Part shown: positions 27,079 to 40,639 of the stretch, piece by piece
How positions within the stretch are numbered: the first letter of the stretch is position 1
Layout of the letters: every line of letters begins with the position of its first letter
DNA from: Octopus vulgaris
Lineage: Eukaryota
DNA length: 64,000 bases
Assembly (NCBI GenBank): GCA_951406725.2
Contig: OX597841.1
Location: forward strand, 15,686,001 to 15,750,000
Direction of reading: 5' to 3'
The notes under the pieces: model-generated
Told to the model about the DNA's origin: nothing
Databases searched by the model: none
Seen by the model: the letters and a program-made list of their open reading frames with translations, nothing else
Position numbers and translations under genes: made by a program

Positions 27079-27423
27079 GGCGCAGGGGTGGCTGTGTGGT
27101 AAGTAGCTTGTTTACCAACCACATGGTTCCAGGTTCAGTCCCACTGCGTGGCAGCTTGGGCAAGTGTCTTCTACTATAACCTCGGGGCGACCAAAGCCTT
27201 GTGAGTGGATTTGGTAGACGGAAACTGAAAGAAGCCCGTCGTATATATATATATATATATATATGCGTGTGTGTGTTTGTGTGTCTGTGTTTGTCCCCCT
27301 AGCATTGCTTGACAACCGATGCTTGTGTGTTTATGTCCCCGTAACTTAGCGGCTCGGCAAGATAGAATAAGTACGGGGCTTACAAAAGAATAAGTCCCGG
27401 GGTCGAGTTGCTCGATTAAAGGC
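27079..27423 (+). mobile_element. SINE family A lacking the last tail segment
   Basis: Colinear up to GATTAAAGGC. Confidence 0.92.
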
Positions 27424-27444
27424 CTAAAAGAATATATATTATAT

Positions 27445-27732
27445 GTAAAAAAATACAAACTGGGACAAGAACGCAAAGCATTTAGAAGACGATACAAAAA
27501 ACACGGACGGGACATTCGAAGCCTTCAATCTTCAGTCAAGAACCGGATCATCCTCGCAATTTCGGCGTACCAAAGTAAGCACGAAAATGTGAAACAAGAT
27601 GGAAAGGATAGTACTCAAATACCGGAGGTAGAGTAATATTCTCTATTATTATTAAAGCTGCAAAAACATCACATGCTACTCAGAGTTTCACCGTGATATT
27701 TTTGTGATGTTTTTGCAGTTTTAATAATAATA
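27445..27732 (-). mobile_element. Composite of Penelope-like remnants with a short inverted repeat
   Basis: TTATTATTAAAGCTGCAAAAACATCAC...GTGATGTTTTTGCAGTTTTAATAATAA arms, with partial hammerhead halves (GAAACTCTGAGTA and CTGAAGA on the minus strand). Confidence 0.45.
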
Positions 27733-27928
27733 ATGTATATATATATAACGTAATGATATATATCGTGACGCATTTTTGCCATTTGAATATGGCTAACCCC
27801 TAAGGGTGGATGCTACTGTAGTTTGTAGCCCCAGGAAGATATCTCCTCCAGCTGGCTATAGACACACTATCTGTGCCCTATCAGTATTTGTGAAGGGAAG
27901 TCATCCTTCCCACCTTCAACTTATGATA

Positions 27929-27973
27929 CACACGGACTCAAGTTTCAAGGTGTTTACCTATCATCAGCGTGTG
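27929..27973 (-). ncRNA. Minimal type I hammerhead ribozyme motif
   Basis: Minus strand CACACG-CTGATGA-T AGGT AAAC ACCT T-GAAA-CTTGAG-TC-CGTGTG: perfect 6-bp stem I, 4-bp stem II, GUC cleavage triplet. Confidence 0.8.
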
Positions 27974-28020
27974 ACAATCATAGTTGTCGACGAGAATTCA
28001 GTTTCACTCACAAATATATT

Positions 28021-28437
28021 CTCTTTACTCTTTACTCTTTTACTTGTTTCAGTCCTTTGACTGCGGCCATGCTGGAGCACCGCCTTTTTTAATCGAGCAA
28101 CTCGACCCCGGAACTTATTCTTTTGTAAGCCCAGTACTTATTCCATCGGTCTCTTTTGCCGAACCGCTAAGTGACGGGGACATAAACACACCAGCATCGG
28201 TTGTCAGGCAATGCTAGGGGGACAAACACAGACACACAAACACACACACGCATATATATATATATATACATATATACGATGGGCTTCTTTCAGTTTCCGT
28301 CTACCATATCCACTCACAAGGCTTTGGTCGGCCCGAGGCTATAGTAGAAGACACTTGCCCAAGATGCCACGCAGTGGGACTGAACCCGGAACCATGTGGT
28401 TGGTAAGCAAGCTACTTACCACACAGCCACTCCTGCG
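28021..28437 (-). mobile_element. SINE family A, full length
   Basis: Reverse-complement match. Confidence 0.93.
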
Positions 28438-28789
28438 ACTATATATATATATATATATATATATAAGAATTTATAAGTATTTATACACAGAGAGGTGACA
28501 CTTGACAGGACGCCTTATGTGCGAGAAAGGGCAGCCAAACCCAAACCACGGAAAAAAAGTAGTTCCAAAGAGAATGAAAAGAAAAATTATTTATAGTTAA
28601 CCCCAAACTCGAGTTTCTGTCATCCGTACTTCGTCTTTGGGATCGCTAAGACACTGCACAATTACGTAGCTAAGACGTACCGAAATCACACGTCCTTGTT
28701 GCATACTTACACTTTATGTTTTTAAATCGACTGACTTTTAGTACGCATGCTAGCCACCGGTGTATACAGTGTATACACCGGTATACCCT

Positions 28790-28996
28790 TTACTCTTTTA
28801 CTTGTTTCAGTCATTTGACTGCGGCCATGCTGGAGCACCGCCTTTCTTTAGTCGAGCATATCGTCGACCCCGGGACTTATTCTTTTGTAAGCGTAGTAAC
28901 CTATTCTGTCGGTTTTCTTTTTGCCGAACCGCTAGGTTACGGCGACGTAAACACACCAGCATCGGTCGTCAAGCAATGCCGGGGGAACAAACACAG
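28790..28996 (-). mobile_element. SINE family A right half
   Basis: Runs from the tail to GAACAAACACAG, then into (GAA)n. Confidence 0.88.
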
Positions 28997-29317
28997 AAGA
29001 AGAAGAAGAAGAAGAAGAAGAAGAAGAAGAAGAAGAAGAAGAAGAAGAAGAAGAAGAAGAAGAAGAAGAAGAAGAAGAAGAAGAAGAAGAAGAAGAAGAA
29101 GAGAAGAAGAAGAAGAAGAAGAAGAAGAAGAAGAAGAAGAAGAAGAAGAAGAAGAAGAAGAAGAAGAAGAAGAAGAAGAAGAAGAAGAAGAAGAAGAAGA
29201 AGAAGAAGAAGAAAGAGAAGAAGAAGAAGAAGAAGAAGAAGAAGAGAGAGAGAAGAAGAAGAAGAAGAAGAAGAAGAAGAAGAAGAAGAAGAAGAAGAAG
29301 AAGAAGAAGAAGAAGAA
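28996..29317. repeat. Near-pure (GAA)n, about 105 units
   Basis: Directly visible. Confidence 0.98.
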
Positions 29318-29329
29318 TTCTTTCTACTA

Positions 29330-29518
29330 TAAGAAATTTGCTGGGAGGGGCCAGTCGATTAGATCGACGCCAGTATGCAACTGGTACCTAATATATCGAC
29401 CCCGAAAGAATGAAACGCAAAGTCGACCTCGGCGTAATTTGAACTCAGAACGCAAAGACGGACGAAATGCCGCTGAGCATTTAGTCCGGCATGCTAGCGT
29501 TTCTGCCAGCTCGCCGCC
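29330..29518 (-). mobile_element. tRNA-derived SINE family B (Meta-domain-like)
   Basis: Reverse complement of GGCGAGCTGGCAGAAACG...GAGTTCAAAT...TTTCATTCTTTCGGGGTCGAT..GTACCAG. Confidence 0.85.
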
Positions 29519-29667
29519 ATGCAGTAATTTAATATTGGTGCCTTTGAAAACTTCATAAAGATATTTAAAACATTATTAATATTTCGCTAATTAACGCATT
29601 ATATCAGTTTGAATTAATTATACTTCGTGTCATTACGTGCATCCGGGACGCGGGCGTGGCTGTTCTA

Positions 29668-29992
29668 TGGGCGTAGGCCAGGCCGAGGGGTGAGAAGCTT
29701 GCTTCCGAATCACAAGGTTCTGCGTTCAGTTCCACTGCGTGGCACCTTGGGCAAGTGTCTTCTACTATAGCCCCGGGCCGACCAAAGCCTTGTGAGTGGA
29801 TTTGATAGACGGAAACTGAAAGAGGCCCGTCGTATATAAGTATATATATATGTGGGGGGGGGGCGTGTATGTCTGTGTTTGTCCCCCTAGCATTGCTTGA
29901 CAACCGATGCTGGTGTGTTTATGTCCCCGTTACTTAGCGGTTCGGCAAAAATAGTGGATTTGATAGATGGAAACTGAAAGAAGCTTGTCGTA
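29668..29992 (+). mobile_element. SINE family A, rearranged and truncated
   Basis: Head to GGTTCGGCAAAA, then a repeated internal segment. Confidence 0.85.
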
Positions 29993-30119
29993 TGTATACA
30001 CACCTACACACACACACACGCACACGCACACGCACACGCACACACAAATACACACATATATATGTCTATATTTATATATATATATATAAATATATGTATG
30101 TGTGTGTATGTGTGTGTGT

Positions 30120-30175
<56 letters not shown>

Positions 30176-30183
30176 TTGTGTGT

Positions 30184-30435
30184 GGAGGCGCATGGCTTAG
30201 TGGTTAGGGTGTCAGCATCATGATCGTAAGATTGTGGTTTCGATTCCTGAACAGGGCGACGCGTTGTGTTCTTGAGCAAAACACTTCATTTCACATTGCC
30301 CCAGTCCACTCAGCTGGCAAAAATGAGTAGCGCCGCGCTGGACCGGTGTCCCGTCCAGCTGCGAAACACATAGACCATTGAAACCGGGAAACCGGGCCCA
30401 TGAGCCTGGCTAGGCTTTAAAAGGGCGCATTTATT
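30184..30435 (+). mobile_element. tRNA-derived SINE with V-domain-like segment (family C-related)
   Basis: GGCGCATGGCTTAGTGGTTAGG...GGTTTCGATTCC head and TGGACCGGTGTCCCGTCCAG hairpin. Confidence 0.8.
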
Positions 30436-30475
30436 ATTTACATATATATATAGTTAATTCAAATAAGTAAAGAAT

Positions 30476-31125
30476 TCAGAACGAGAGAGAAAGAAACCAT
30501 GATGGTCCTCTGGGGGACATTCGTCCTTAGCCGCCTGGATTACTGCTCCCAGCTATGGTCAGCGCACATTATAAAATTAACTGCGGCCCTTGAAGCAATC
30601 CAGTGAAGCTTCAGAAAGAAGATTGTCTCGTTACAACAGCTCAGCTACTGAGAAAGGCTGAAGCAGCTAAGACTCTACTCCCTGGAGCGAAGGCAGGAGA
30701 GGTATGCAGTAATATGCATCTGGAAGATCCTGGAAGGGATTGTGCCAAATTTTGGCATTGAAAGCTACAGAAATGTCAGAACGGGTCGACACTGCACATA
30801 GCCAAAGATCCCAGCAATGCCATCGTGTTTCAGGACCAGTTACTGCAACGGGCTGTGTTTCAGGGGTTCACAGCTTTTTAACATTCTCCCAAAGAACCTG
30901 ACGGACTTACACAAAGTGGATGTAGGTGTTTTCAAATGAAAACTGGATCTCTTCTTGTCGAGAGTCCCAGGCGAACCTACCTCGCGACAGGAGGTGCAAA
31001 TGAGGGTAGCCACATCAAACTCCGTTATTCACCGAATGCCACAGGATGCTCTCAGAAATAACTGTGTAGCAAAACGGCCGTGCACCAGCATGGCCACAGC
31101 TTTAAGCTGAAACTTATAAAAAAAT
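30476..31125 (+). mobile_element. Decayed CR1-type LINE ORF2 C-terminus and 3' tail
   Basis: FVLSRLDYCSQLWS...LSY*ERLKQLRLYSLERRQERY...WKILEG...GSQLFNILPK...FK*KLDLFLSRVPGEP...SNS, with several stops. Confidence 0.92.
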
Positions 31126-31439
31126 TAAGAGCAAAGAAAAAAGAAAGAAAAATGAACGTGAGGACGTTCAAGAGAAATCCACCTCGGCATCCGAAACTCG
31201 GAGTTTTATCATGGCTACCGAATATTTGTCACATATTACATTTACAGATAAATTCCTCTAATTACATAATATCGAGGTCTCTTGCATTCTTTTATTTCTT
31301 ACCATTTTTATCAATATATATACATATATATATGAGGGAATTTGAATCATAACTGCGAGTATAATCGACTAAGCCACACGTGTGTTTAACGTTATGTTAA
31401 AATTCGGCGTGCAGTTTAGTAAATTGTATTCAAGACAAA

Positions 31440-31513
31440 TTCTACTGATGACCTATGGATATTTATGTAAGTAAAATTGCTTAATATATTAAGAGCGAAA
31501 CAATTGTCTAGAA
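31440..31513 (+). ncRNA. Decayed type I hammerhead motif (long loop II)
   Basis: TTCTA-CTGATGA-[45 nt]-GAAA-CAATTG-TC-TAGAA. Stems I and III are intact and stem II is disrupted. Confidence 0.6.
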
Positions 31514-31669
31514 CTAATCTACATTTTTGTTATTTTTCATTTGCCCTGCTCGTTTACGTTAAATGTTGTGCTGATTCTCCTTGGAAACAATTTTTAGTGG
31601 CTGATACCATAGCGGATCTATTTTTAGCGCAAAAGTCGACCATATAGTGGTCACTCTCTTATATTTGTG

Positions 31670-31723
<54 letters not shown>

Positions 31724-31729
31724 TATACT

Positions 31730-32147
31730 ATTTACTCTTTTACTCTTTTATTTGTTTCAGTCATTTGACTGTGGCCATGCTGGAGCATCGCCTCTAGTCG
31801 ATCAAATCGACCCCAGGACTTATTCTTTGTAAGCCCAGTACTTATTCTATCGGTCTCTTTGGCCGAACAGCTAAGTTACGGGGGACCTAAATACATCAGC
31901 ATCGGTTGTCAAGCGATGTTGCGTGGTGAACGAACACAGACACACAAATATATACACACACACATACATACATATATATATATATACATATATACAACGG
32001 GCTTCTTTCAGTTTCCGTCTCCCAAATCCACTCACAATGCTTTGGTCGGCCCGAGGCTATAGTTGAAGACACTTGCCCAAGGTGCCACGTAATGAGACTG
32101 AACCCGGGTCCATGTGGTTGGTAAGCAAGCTACTTACCACACAGCCA

Positions 32148-32150
<3 letters not shown>
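31730..32150 (-). mobile_element. SINE family A, near full length
   Basis: Reverse-complement match. Confidence 0.92.
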
Positions 32151-32206
<56 letters not shown>

Positions 32207-32208
<2 letters not shown>

Positions 32209-32372
32209 CGGGAAAGTTTACGAAAATAAACAAAAGACGAAGGCAGGTGAAGTACAAACAAACAAATGTATTAGTATGGCGCTCAGGAATAGAAATAGAA
32301 AAAGTCTTTTACGTTTCGAGCCTACGCTCTTCGACAGAAAAGGACACAGAAAAAAAATATGAAGAAATAAAG
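32207..32372 (-). mobile_element. Family P1 element with hammerhead-like motif (32306-32342)
   Basis: Minus strand TTT-CTGTCGA-AGAGC GTAG GCTC-GAAA-CG-TA-AAAG. It abuts (TA)n. Confidence 0.75.
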
Positions 32373-32445
32373 TGAAAACGAAAGAGAGTTTTTACGAACA
32401 GTTCAGAAGTTTAAAAGTTTGTAGACGTCGTGGTGTATTTCAAGG

Positions 32446-33042
32446 ATATATATGTATGTATGTATGTGTGTGTGTATGTATGTATGTATGTATGTATGTA
32501 TGTATGTATGTATGTATGTATGTATGTATGTATGTATGTATGTATGTATGTATGTGTGTATGTGTGTATGTATGTATGTATGTATGTATGTATGTGTGTA
32601 TGTATGTATGTATGTATGTATGTATGTATGTGTGTATGTATGTATGTATGTATGTATGTATGCATGCATGCTTGTATGTATGTATGTATGTATGTGTGTA
32701 TGTGTGTATGTATGTATGTATGTATGTTTGTGTGTATGTATGTATGTATGTATGTATGCGTGTATGTATGTATGTATTTATGTATGTATGTATGAATGTA
32801 TGTATGTATGTATGTATGTATGTATGCGTGTATGTATGTATGTATGTATGTATGTATGCGTGTATGTATGTATGTATGCGTGTATGTATGTATGTATGTG
32901 TGTGTATGTATGTATGTATCTGTATGTATTTATGTATGTACATATGTATGTATGTATATATGTATGTGTATATGTATGTATATATGTATGTATGTACGTA
33001 CGTATGTATGTATGTATGTATCAGTGTATGTGTGTGTGTGTG
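32446..33042. repeat. (TATG)n tetranucleotide array, about 600 bp
   Basis: Directly visible. Confidence 0.97.
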
Positions 33043-33199
33043 AGTGCAAAATTTTCTTTGTTTGATAAGTGGCAATACGCGAAACTCTAGGGTTCTGAGT
33101 AACCGTGACATCTGCCGATAAATAACTTCAAATCTGTGTGCGGGTATATATATATATATATATATATATATGCAGTATATATATATATATATACATACC

Positions 33200-33279
<80 letters not shown>

Positions 33280-33637
33280 CATACATATGTATGTATGTAT
33301 ATGTATATGTATATATGTATATGTATATATGTGTGTGCGGATGCATGATATGTATGCGTATGGGTACATGTGTGTGTGTGTATAGTCACATATTTTAGAC
33401 ATAGATACGTGGACACGCGTGCCAGATGGACAGATATAAAGCCCGGATGTTGTCGTCCAACAGTATCTCGGTCAAGCACTCGTTTCTAAAACACCCGCCA
33501 CTCGCCCCCATACCCTTACGTTCACACACACACACGCGCATGCGCCAGATGGACACAAAGACGTCCGGATGTCGTATTTTGTGGTATACGTAACACACGC
33601 TAGCCCTTTGCACACACTGACACATACGCACACACGG

Positions 33638-33747
<110 letters not shown>

Positions 33748-33890
33748 TTGTGTGTGTGATTGTGTGTGTGTGTGTGTGTGATTGTGTGTGTCTGTGTGTG
33801 TGCATGTGCATGAAGACACACAGACACACACGTGCCGGATGGACAGGTACTACGGGTAAAATATTACCGGATATTGTTTCATTTGACTCG

Positions 33891-33921
<31 letters not shown>

Positions 33922-34047
33922 CATACATATATTTATATAGTATATATATATATATATACATACATATATTTATATAGTATGTATATATACATACATATAG
34001 ATATATATACATATATACATATATATACATATATATATACATATATG

Positions 34048-34078
<31 letters not shown>

Positions 34079-34101
34079 ATGTGTGTCTATATGTATGTAT
34101 G

Positions 34102-34202
<101 letters not shown>

Positions 34203-34350
34203 ATATAAACAGAAAGAGAGGAAGAAATACATGCAAGCATTCTTACATGTATATTTATATATATACATGTATATATATACTTATATATGTATACATATAT
34301 GTGTATTTATCCACATATATACATACATTCATACATACACACGTAGATGC

Positions 34351-34392
<42 letters not shown>

Positions 34393-34659
34393 TTGAAGCA
34401 AAGTAGAGAGTCATGCACGAGTTACAGCGAATTGGGGGGAAAACTTTCAAAAAACGCACAACTGATTAACATTGCAATTAAAAATCTCTGATGAAGCATG
34501 CAATTAAGAAAGATAAACAGCACCTTCCATGCTGTTTGGTCGTGGTGGTGGTCATGGTGGAGGGGAGGCAGTATTTAAAATCGATGGAAGTCAAATGCGA
34601 GAAAGACAGATAAGTACATTCTTAGAAGCAAATGGAAATTTGGGGGAAAATATATAGAA

Positions 34660-35028
34660 CTAGCAGTATCGCCCGGCGTTGCTCGGGTTTGTAAGGGAAA
34701 TAACTATGTAAGCATTTTTAGAGAGTTGTAGCCAAATAGCAAAAAAAATGCATTAAAAATGGAAAAAAATTTTTTTTTAAATCGTTGACTCATCGTAGAC
34801 ATTTTTAGAGAGTTACTTCCCTTATATAATAGCGAAAAATGCATTAAAATGGAAAAAAATGATGGTAAATTTTTTTTTTAAATCGTAGACTCATCTAGAC
34901 GCGCGCTAATACCCAGAAGGGCTCGATATGAATCACGACTGTAAGATACCCGGTTTTGGTTAAACTGCACCGCAAAATGTGGGAGTAGTTAGGAATCTAA
35001 ATCGTAGGAGACAGTTTATATATAAAGA
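34660..35028 (-). mobile_element. Non-autonomous Helitron
   Basis: Minus strand A|TCTTTATATATAAA...CCCGAGCAACGCCGGG-CGATACTG-CTAG|T: 5' TC, subterminal hairpin, 3' CTAG, AT target, no TSD. Confidence 0.85.
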
Positions 35029-35138
35029 TTTTCGCGGCCGTGTGGGTAAGAAGTAAGCTATGGAACCGCGCGGCTTCGGGTTCAACCCCGCTGTGTTGGA
35101 ATCTTGAGCAAGTGTCGTCTGTTATAGACTCGGGCCGA

Positions 35139-35782
35139 AGGCGGTGAGCTGGCAGAAACGTTAGCATGTTGGCTGAAATGCTTAGCGGTATTTCGTCTGC
35201 CGTTGCGTTCTGAGTTCAAATTCCACCGAGGTCGACTTTGCCTTTTTCATCCTTTCGGGATCGACAAATAAAGTACCTATTTCTTTACTACCCACAAGGG
35301 TCTAAACACAGATGGGACAAACAAGGACAGACAAACGGATTAAGTCGATTACATCGACCCCAGTGCGTAACTGGTACTTAATTTATCGACCCCGAAAGGA
35401 TGAAGGGCAAAGTCGACCTCGGCGGAATTAGAACTCAGAACGCATTCGGGTCGGTGTAATCGACTTACACCCCCTCCTAAAATTCCAGGCCTTGTACCTA
35501 TAGAAAGGATTGTTGCTGTTGTTGTTATTGCCAGACGTTCGAACCGACTTAATCCGTTTGTCTGTCCTTGTTTGTCCCCTGTCTGTTTAGCCCCTTGTGG
35601 GTAGTAAAGAAATAGGTATTCCGTCTGCCTCTACGTTCTGAGTTCAAATTCCGCTGAGATCGACTTTGCCTTTCATCCTTTCGGGGTCGACAAATTAAGT
35701 ACCAGTTGCGTACTGGGGTCAGTCTAATCGACTGGCCCCTCCCCAAATAGTCCGAGCCTTGTACCTAGAGTAGAAAAGATCA
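35139..35782. mobile_element. Rearranged composite of SINE family B segments in both orientations
   Basis: + 35139-35275, - 35276-35442, + tail variant 35450-35545, + 35545-35782 containing a tail-to-body junction. Confidence 0.85.
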
Positions 35783-35938
35783 TAGATTCAGGCTGATCAA
35801 TGGATCAGTGCTTTGTATATGAATTCAGTAGACTGAAACTGTGGAATCGCGGCGTATGTATGTATGTATGTATGTATGTATGTATGTATGTATGTATGTA
35901 TGTATGTATGTATGTATTTATGTATGTATGTGTGTGTG

Positions 35939-36008
<70 letters not shown>

Positions 36009-36031
36009 TAAATATATATTTACTTACATAC

Positions 36032-36450
36032 ATGATGGCTGGCCCCTCGTTATCGAGTTTGGCCATTGCACGAAGCTTAACTGTTATTGGTGCTGTGATC
36101 GAATGTGACTTTTATTTGCTTTTTAAGGCTACAGCCAGCCATTCAGTTGAGACTCACAGCACCATCAACAATCATGAACGATGTTGTTACCGTGCAATGT
36201 CTGTGCAGGAAGATTTTTTTTAAAGTGAGGAAAGGCTGTGCACTGAGTTAATCCCACTCACTAAGCAACAGCAGCCATAATCCGAAAAGAACATGTCAAC
36301 ATCATCGGTAACCACTGAGTCGCAGGTTTTATGTCGGAGTTATCCCAGTTACCTGAGTTACCTTCTCCTAGAAGGATGTCCTAACAAAGGCTAGGAGTCC
36401 TTCACTTCCAATGGTTTAACCGCGCGATCGGGTATTCAATCCGATTATTT
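36032..36450 (-). mobile_element. RTE-derived non-autonomous element (RTE 5'UTR-like part plus RTE 3' end)
   Basis: 36035-36112 matches 2841-2919. Minus-strand CTAGGAGAAGGTAACTC...CATAAAACC resembles RTE 5' UTRs. Confidence 0.6.
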
Positions 36451-36986
36451 CTATGTCCCCGCGCATGATACAGCCTTAAGCCTTAAGAAAAAAAAATTAC
36501 ACATTTATTGGATGGCCGTTGACTCTCGAGAGTTCCTCCGCCCTTTGACGGGTTTTGTTTTTCATCCCGCAGGGTGTCCAATAAACACCCTCCTCACTTT
36601 GCCGGTTTATATATATATATCTTTGACGGACTTCCTCATGGTTTCCGTCAACCAAATTCACTCACAAGGCATCGGTCCGCCCAGGGCTAAAATAAAAAAA
36701 AAGAAAACATTTGCTCAAGTGGGACTGAACTTGAAAACACTTGGTTGCGAAGCGAGATTCTTAACCACACTACCATACCATATACTTTACATAACTTAAG
36801 AGAAGTTTCCGTTATTATTAAGCCCTTGTTGTATCTAAATAGTACTAAGCGTTGAAAACTTCAAGTCATATTTTAAGGTTTCTATCTCTTATTTGAATAG
36901 GGAAATGTTGCCCGAAATATATCCGTGTAACGGGTCTTTGATTGCTGGTTCTCGCATGAATTTTTCCAAGAAACTTAAATAATGTA

Positions 36987-37200
36987 GAGGCGCAATGGCC
37001 TAGTGGTTAGGGCAGCGGACTCGCGGTCGCAGGATCGCGGTTTCGATTCTCAGACCGGGCGTTGTGTGTGTTTATTGAGCGAAAACACCTAAAAGCTCTA
37101 CGAGGCTCCGGCAAGGGATGGTGGTGATCCCTGCTGTACTCTTTCACCACTCTAAAGGCGGTGCTCCAGCATGGCCGCAGTCAAATGACTGAAACAAGTA
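36987..37200 (+). mobile_element. tRNA-derived SINE family D head fused to a family A tail
   Basis: GAGGCGCAATGGCCTAGTGGTTAGGGCAGCGGACTCGCGG... up to CACCACTCT, then AAAGGCGGTGCTCCAGCATGGCC. Confidence 0.82.
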
Positions 37201-37435
37201 CAAAAAAAAAAAAAAAATGTCTTTTGGGCTTTCATTTATCAATTTTTTTCGGGAAAAATGATAAAATGGAGCACAATTACTACAATTGTTACAGCTGCTA
37301 TTAATACTCCTAGTAATTCTACAACAAACACAACAACCACAACAACCACAACGGTTGCTGCTGTTGCTAATACTACTACTGCTGCTTCTACTTATGTTAC
37401 CACTATTGCCGCTGCTGCTGCTACTCATACTACTA

Positions 37436-37950
37436 CAACCACACAACAACTGCTGCAGCTACTGCCGCTACTGCCGCTACTACTACTACTACTTCAACCA
37501 CTACAACCACACAACAACCACACAACAACTGCTGCAGCTACTGCCGCTACTACTACTACTACTTCAACCACTACAACCACACAACAACCACACAACAACT
37601 GCTGCAGCTACTGCCGCTACTACTACTACTACTTCAACCACTACAACCACACAACAACCACACAACAACTGCTGCAGCTACTGCCGCTACTACTACTACT
37701 ACTTCAACCACTACAACCACACAACAACCACACAACAACTGCTGCAGCTACTGCCGCTACTACTACTACTACTTCAACCACTACAACCACACAACAACCA
37801 CACAACAACTGCTGCAGCTACTGCCGCTACTACTACTACTACTTCAACCACTACAACCACACAACAACCACACAACAACTGCTGCAGCTACTGCCGCTAC
37901 TACTACTACTACTTCAACCACTACAACCACACAACAACCACACAACAACC
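37436..37950. repeat. 70-bp minisatellite, about 7 near-identical copies
   Basis: GCTGCAGCTACTGCCG recurs at 37452, 37531, 37601, 37671, 37741, 37811 and 37881. Confidence 0.95.
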
Positions 37951-38094
37951 TCACAACAACAACACATCAACCGCAACAACAACTACTGCTGTTGCTGCTA
38001 CTACTACTACCGTTGACACACAACAACTATTATTAATACAACCAAATCCAATACGACTACCACAACCGTTACAACTACTACTAATATAGGATAT

Positions 38095-38825
38095 CCATGA
38101 CAACCACCACCACTACTCCTACCAGCACTACCACCGCAGATACTACTGACAACACCTCCATCTCCACTACAACCACTAAACCCGCCACCGTCAACACCAC
38201 CACCACCACCATAACCACCATTACGTCGACCACTGCCACCATCGCCATCACTACCGCCACGAACACTACCACCAACACCAACTCCACCACAACCACTACC
38301 ACCACCACACCACCACAACCACGACCACTACCACTACCAGCACCACCACAACCACCACCACTACCACCACCAGCACCACCACGACCACCACCAGCACCAC
38401 CACAACCACCACCACTGCCACATCACCACTACCACACCACCACCACCACTACCACCGCCACCGTCACAACCACAACCACCACCACCACCAACCTTCTCGA
38501 CCACCCACCACCACCACTACCATCATCACCACTACTACCATCACTACACTACCACCACCACCACTACCACCGCCACCACGACCACGACCACCACGACCAC
38601 CACCACTTTCACCACCACCACCACTACTACCACAATACCACCACCACCATTACCACACCACCACTACCATCACAACCACTACCACCACTACCACACCACC
38701 ACCACTACCACACCATCAGCACTATCACACCACCACCACCACTACCGCCACCACCAATACCACAACAACGACTACCACACTATCAGTACTACTACTACTA
38801 CTACTACTACTAATAATAATAATAA
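38095..38825. repeat. Degenerate (CCA/CTA)n low-complexity tract
   Basis: Directly visible. Confidence 0.9.
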
Positions 38826-39061
38826 CTGCTAAAGTCTATTCTGTGTGAAAGATCCATGGCGGCGGCCATATTATTATAAATGCTTCATAAAATTTTAAGT
38901 CAAGAAAAGAAATCAGAAATCAAAAAAAAAGACATAAAAAGAACGTCACAAAACAAGAAATGAAATAAAATTGACGCCCATTTCCGGTTCCTGATTCTTC
39001 CTTCAGACTTTCCATGTCCTCTCACCATGCTTCCGGTGTCTTTCATCTTTATCACACATAG

Positions 39062-39905
<844 letters not shown>

Positions 39906-40576
39906 TTTATGAAAAAGTCATATACTGAAATCAACGCAGCACACACACATACATGCACACAGTCAAGCACACATACACTTTGAAATACCCCCCCACACAC
40001 ACACACACATACACGTGCGCAGGCGCACATATGCGCATGGGCGCAATCCGTCTCTGTGCCTCAAATTACATAGGCTTCTGCAAGTTTCTCAGAGCTGTTT
40101 CATTTACAATATTGATCACCGCCCACCCACGTTCTTAGTTCAAATACAGCCGAGGTCGACTTTGCAGTTCATCATTTAGGATCGATAAATTAAGTACCAG
40201 TTGCGTACTGGAGTCGATCTAATCGACTGGCCCACTCCCCCAAAATTTCGGGCCTTGTGCCTAGTGTAGAAAAGAATAATCGACTTCAGGCATGGAAGTA
40301 TATGAGTGTTGTCATCAAATTGTTTAAGATCCTTGTACGTATCAAAATTGTAACAATGAGAATAAATTAAATATATTATAGGATCCTCATATGTGTGCGT
40401 GTGGGGTAGGGGTTTGTTCACTCGTGTGTTTTTACCTTGTGATTTTCCTCCAGTTCAAACTGGACGTTGGTCATTTGCCTGAATATTGCCCTCTTATTAC
40501 TTAAAGTTTGTTGGAGCTAATTCTGTCCCCATTACTGAACACTCATATCCTGTTTTGATATCATATATATATATGC

Positions 40577-40636
<60 letters not shown>

Positions 40637-40639
40637 TAT

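Noticed and set aside
37258-38813. Mucin-like Thr-rich ORFs
   Set aside because: The underlying unit is 70 bp, not a multiple of 3, so it cycles through all frames. The rest is degenerate trinucleotide repeat.
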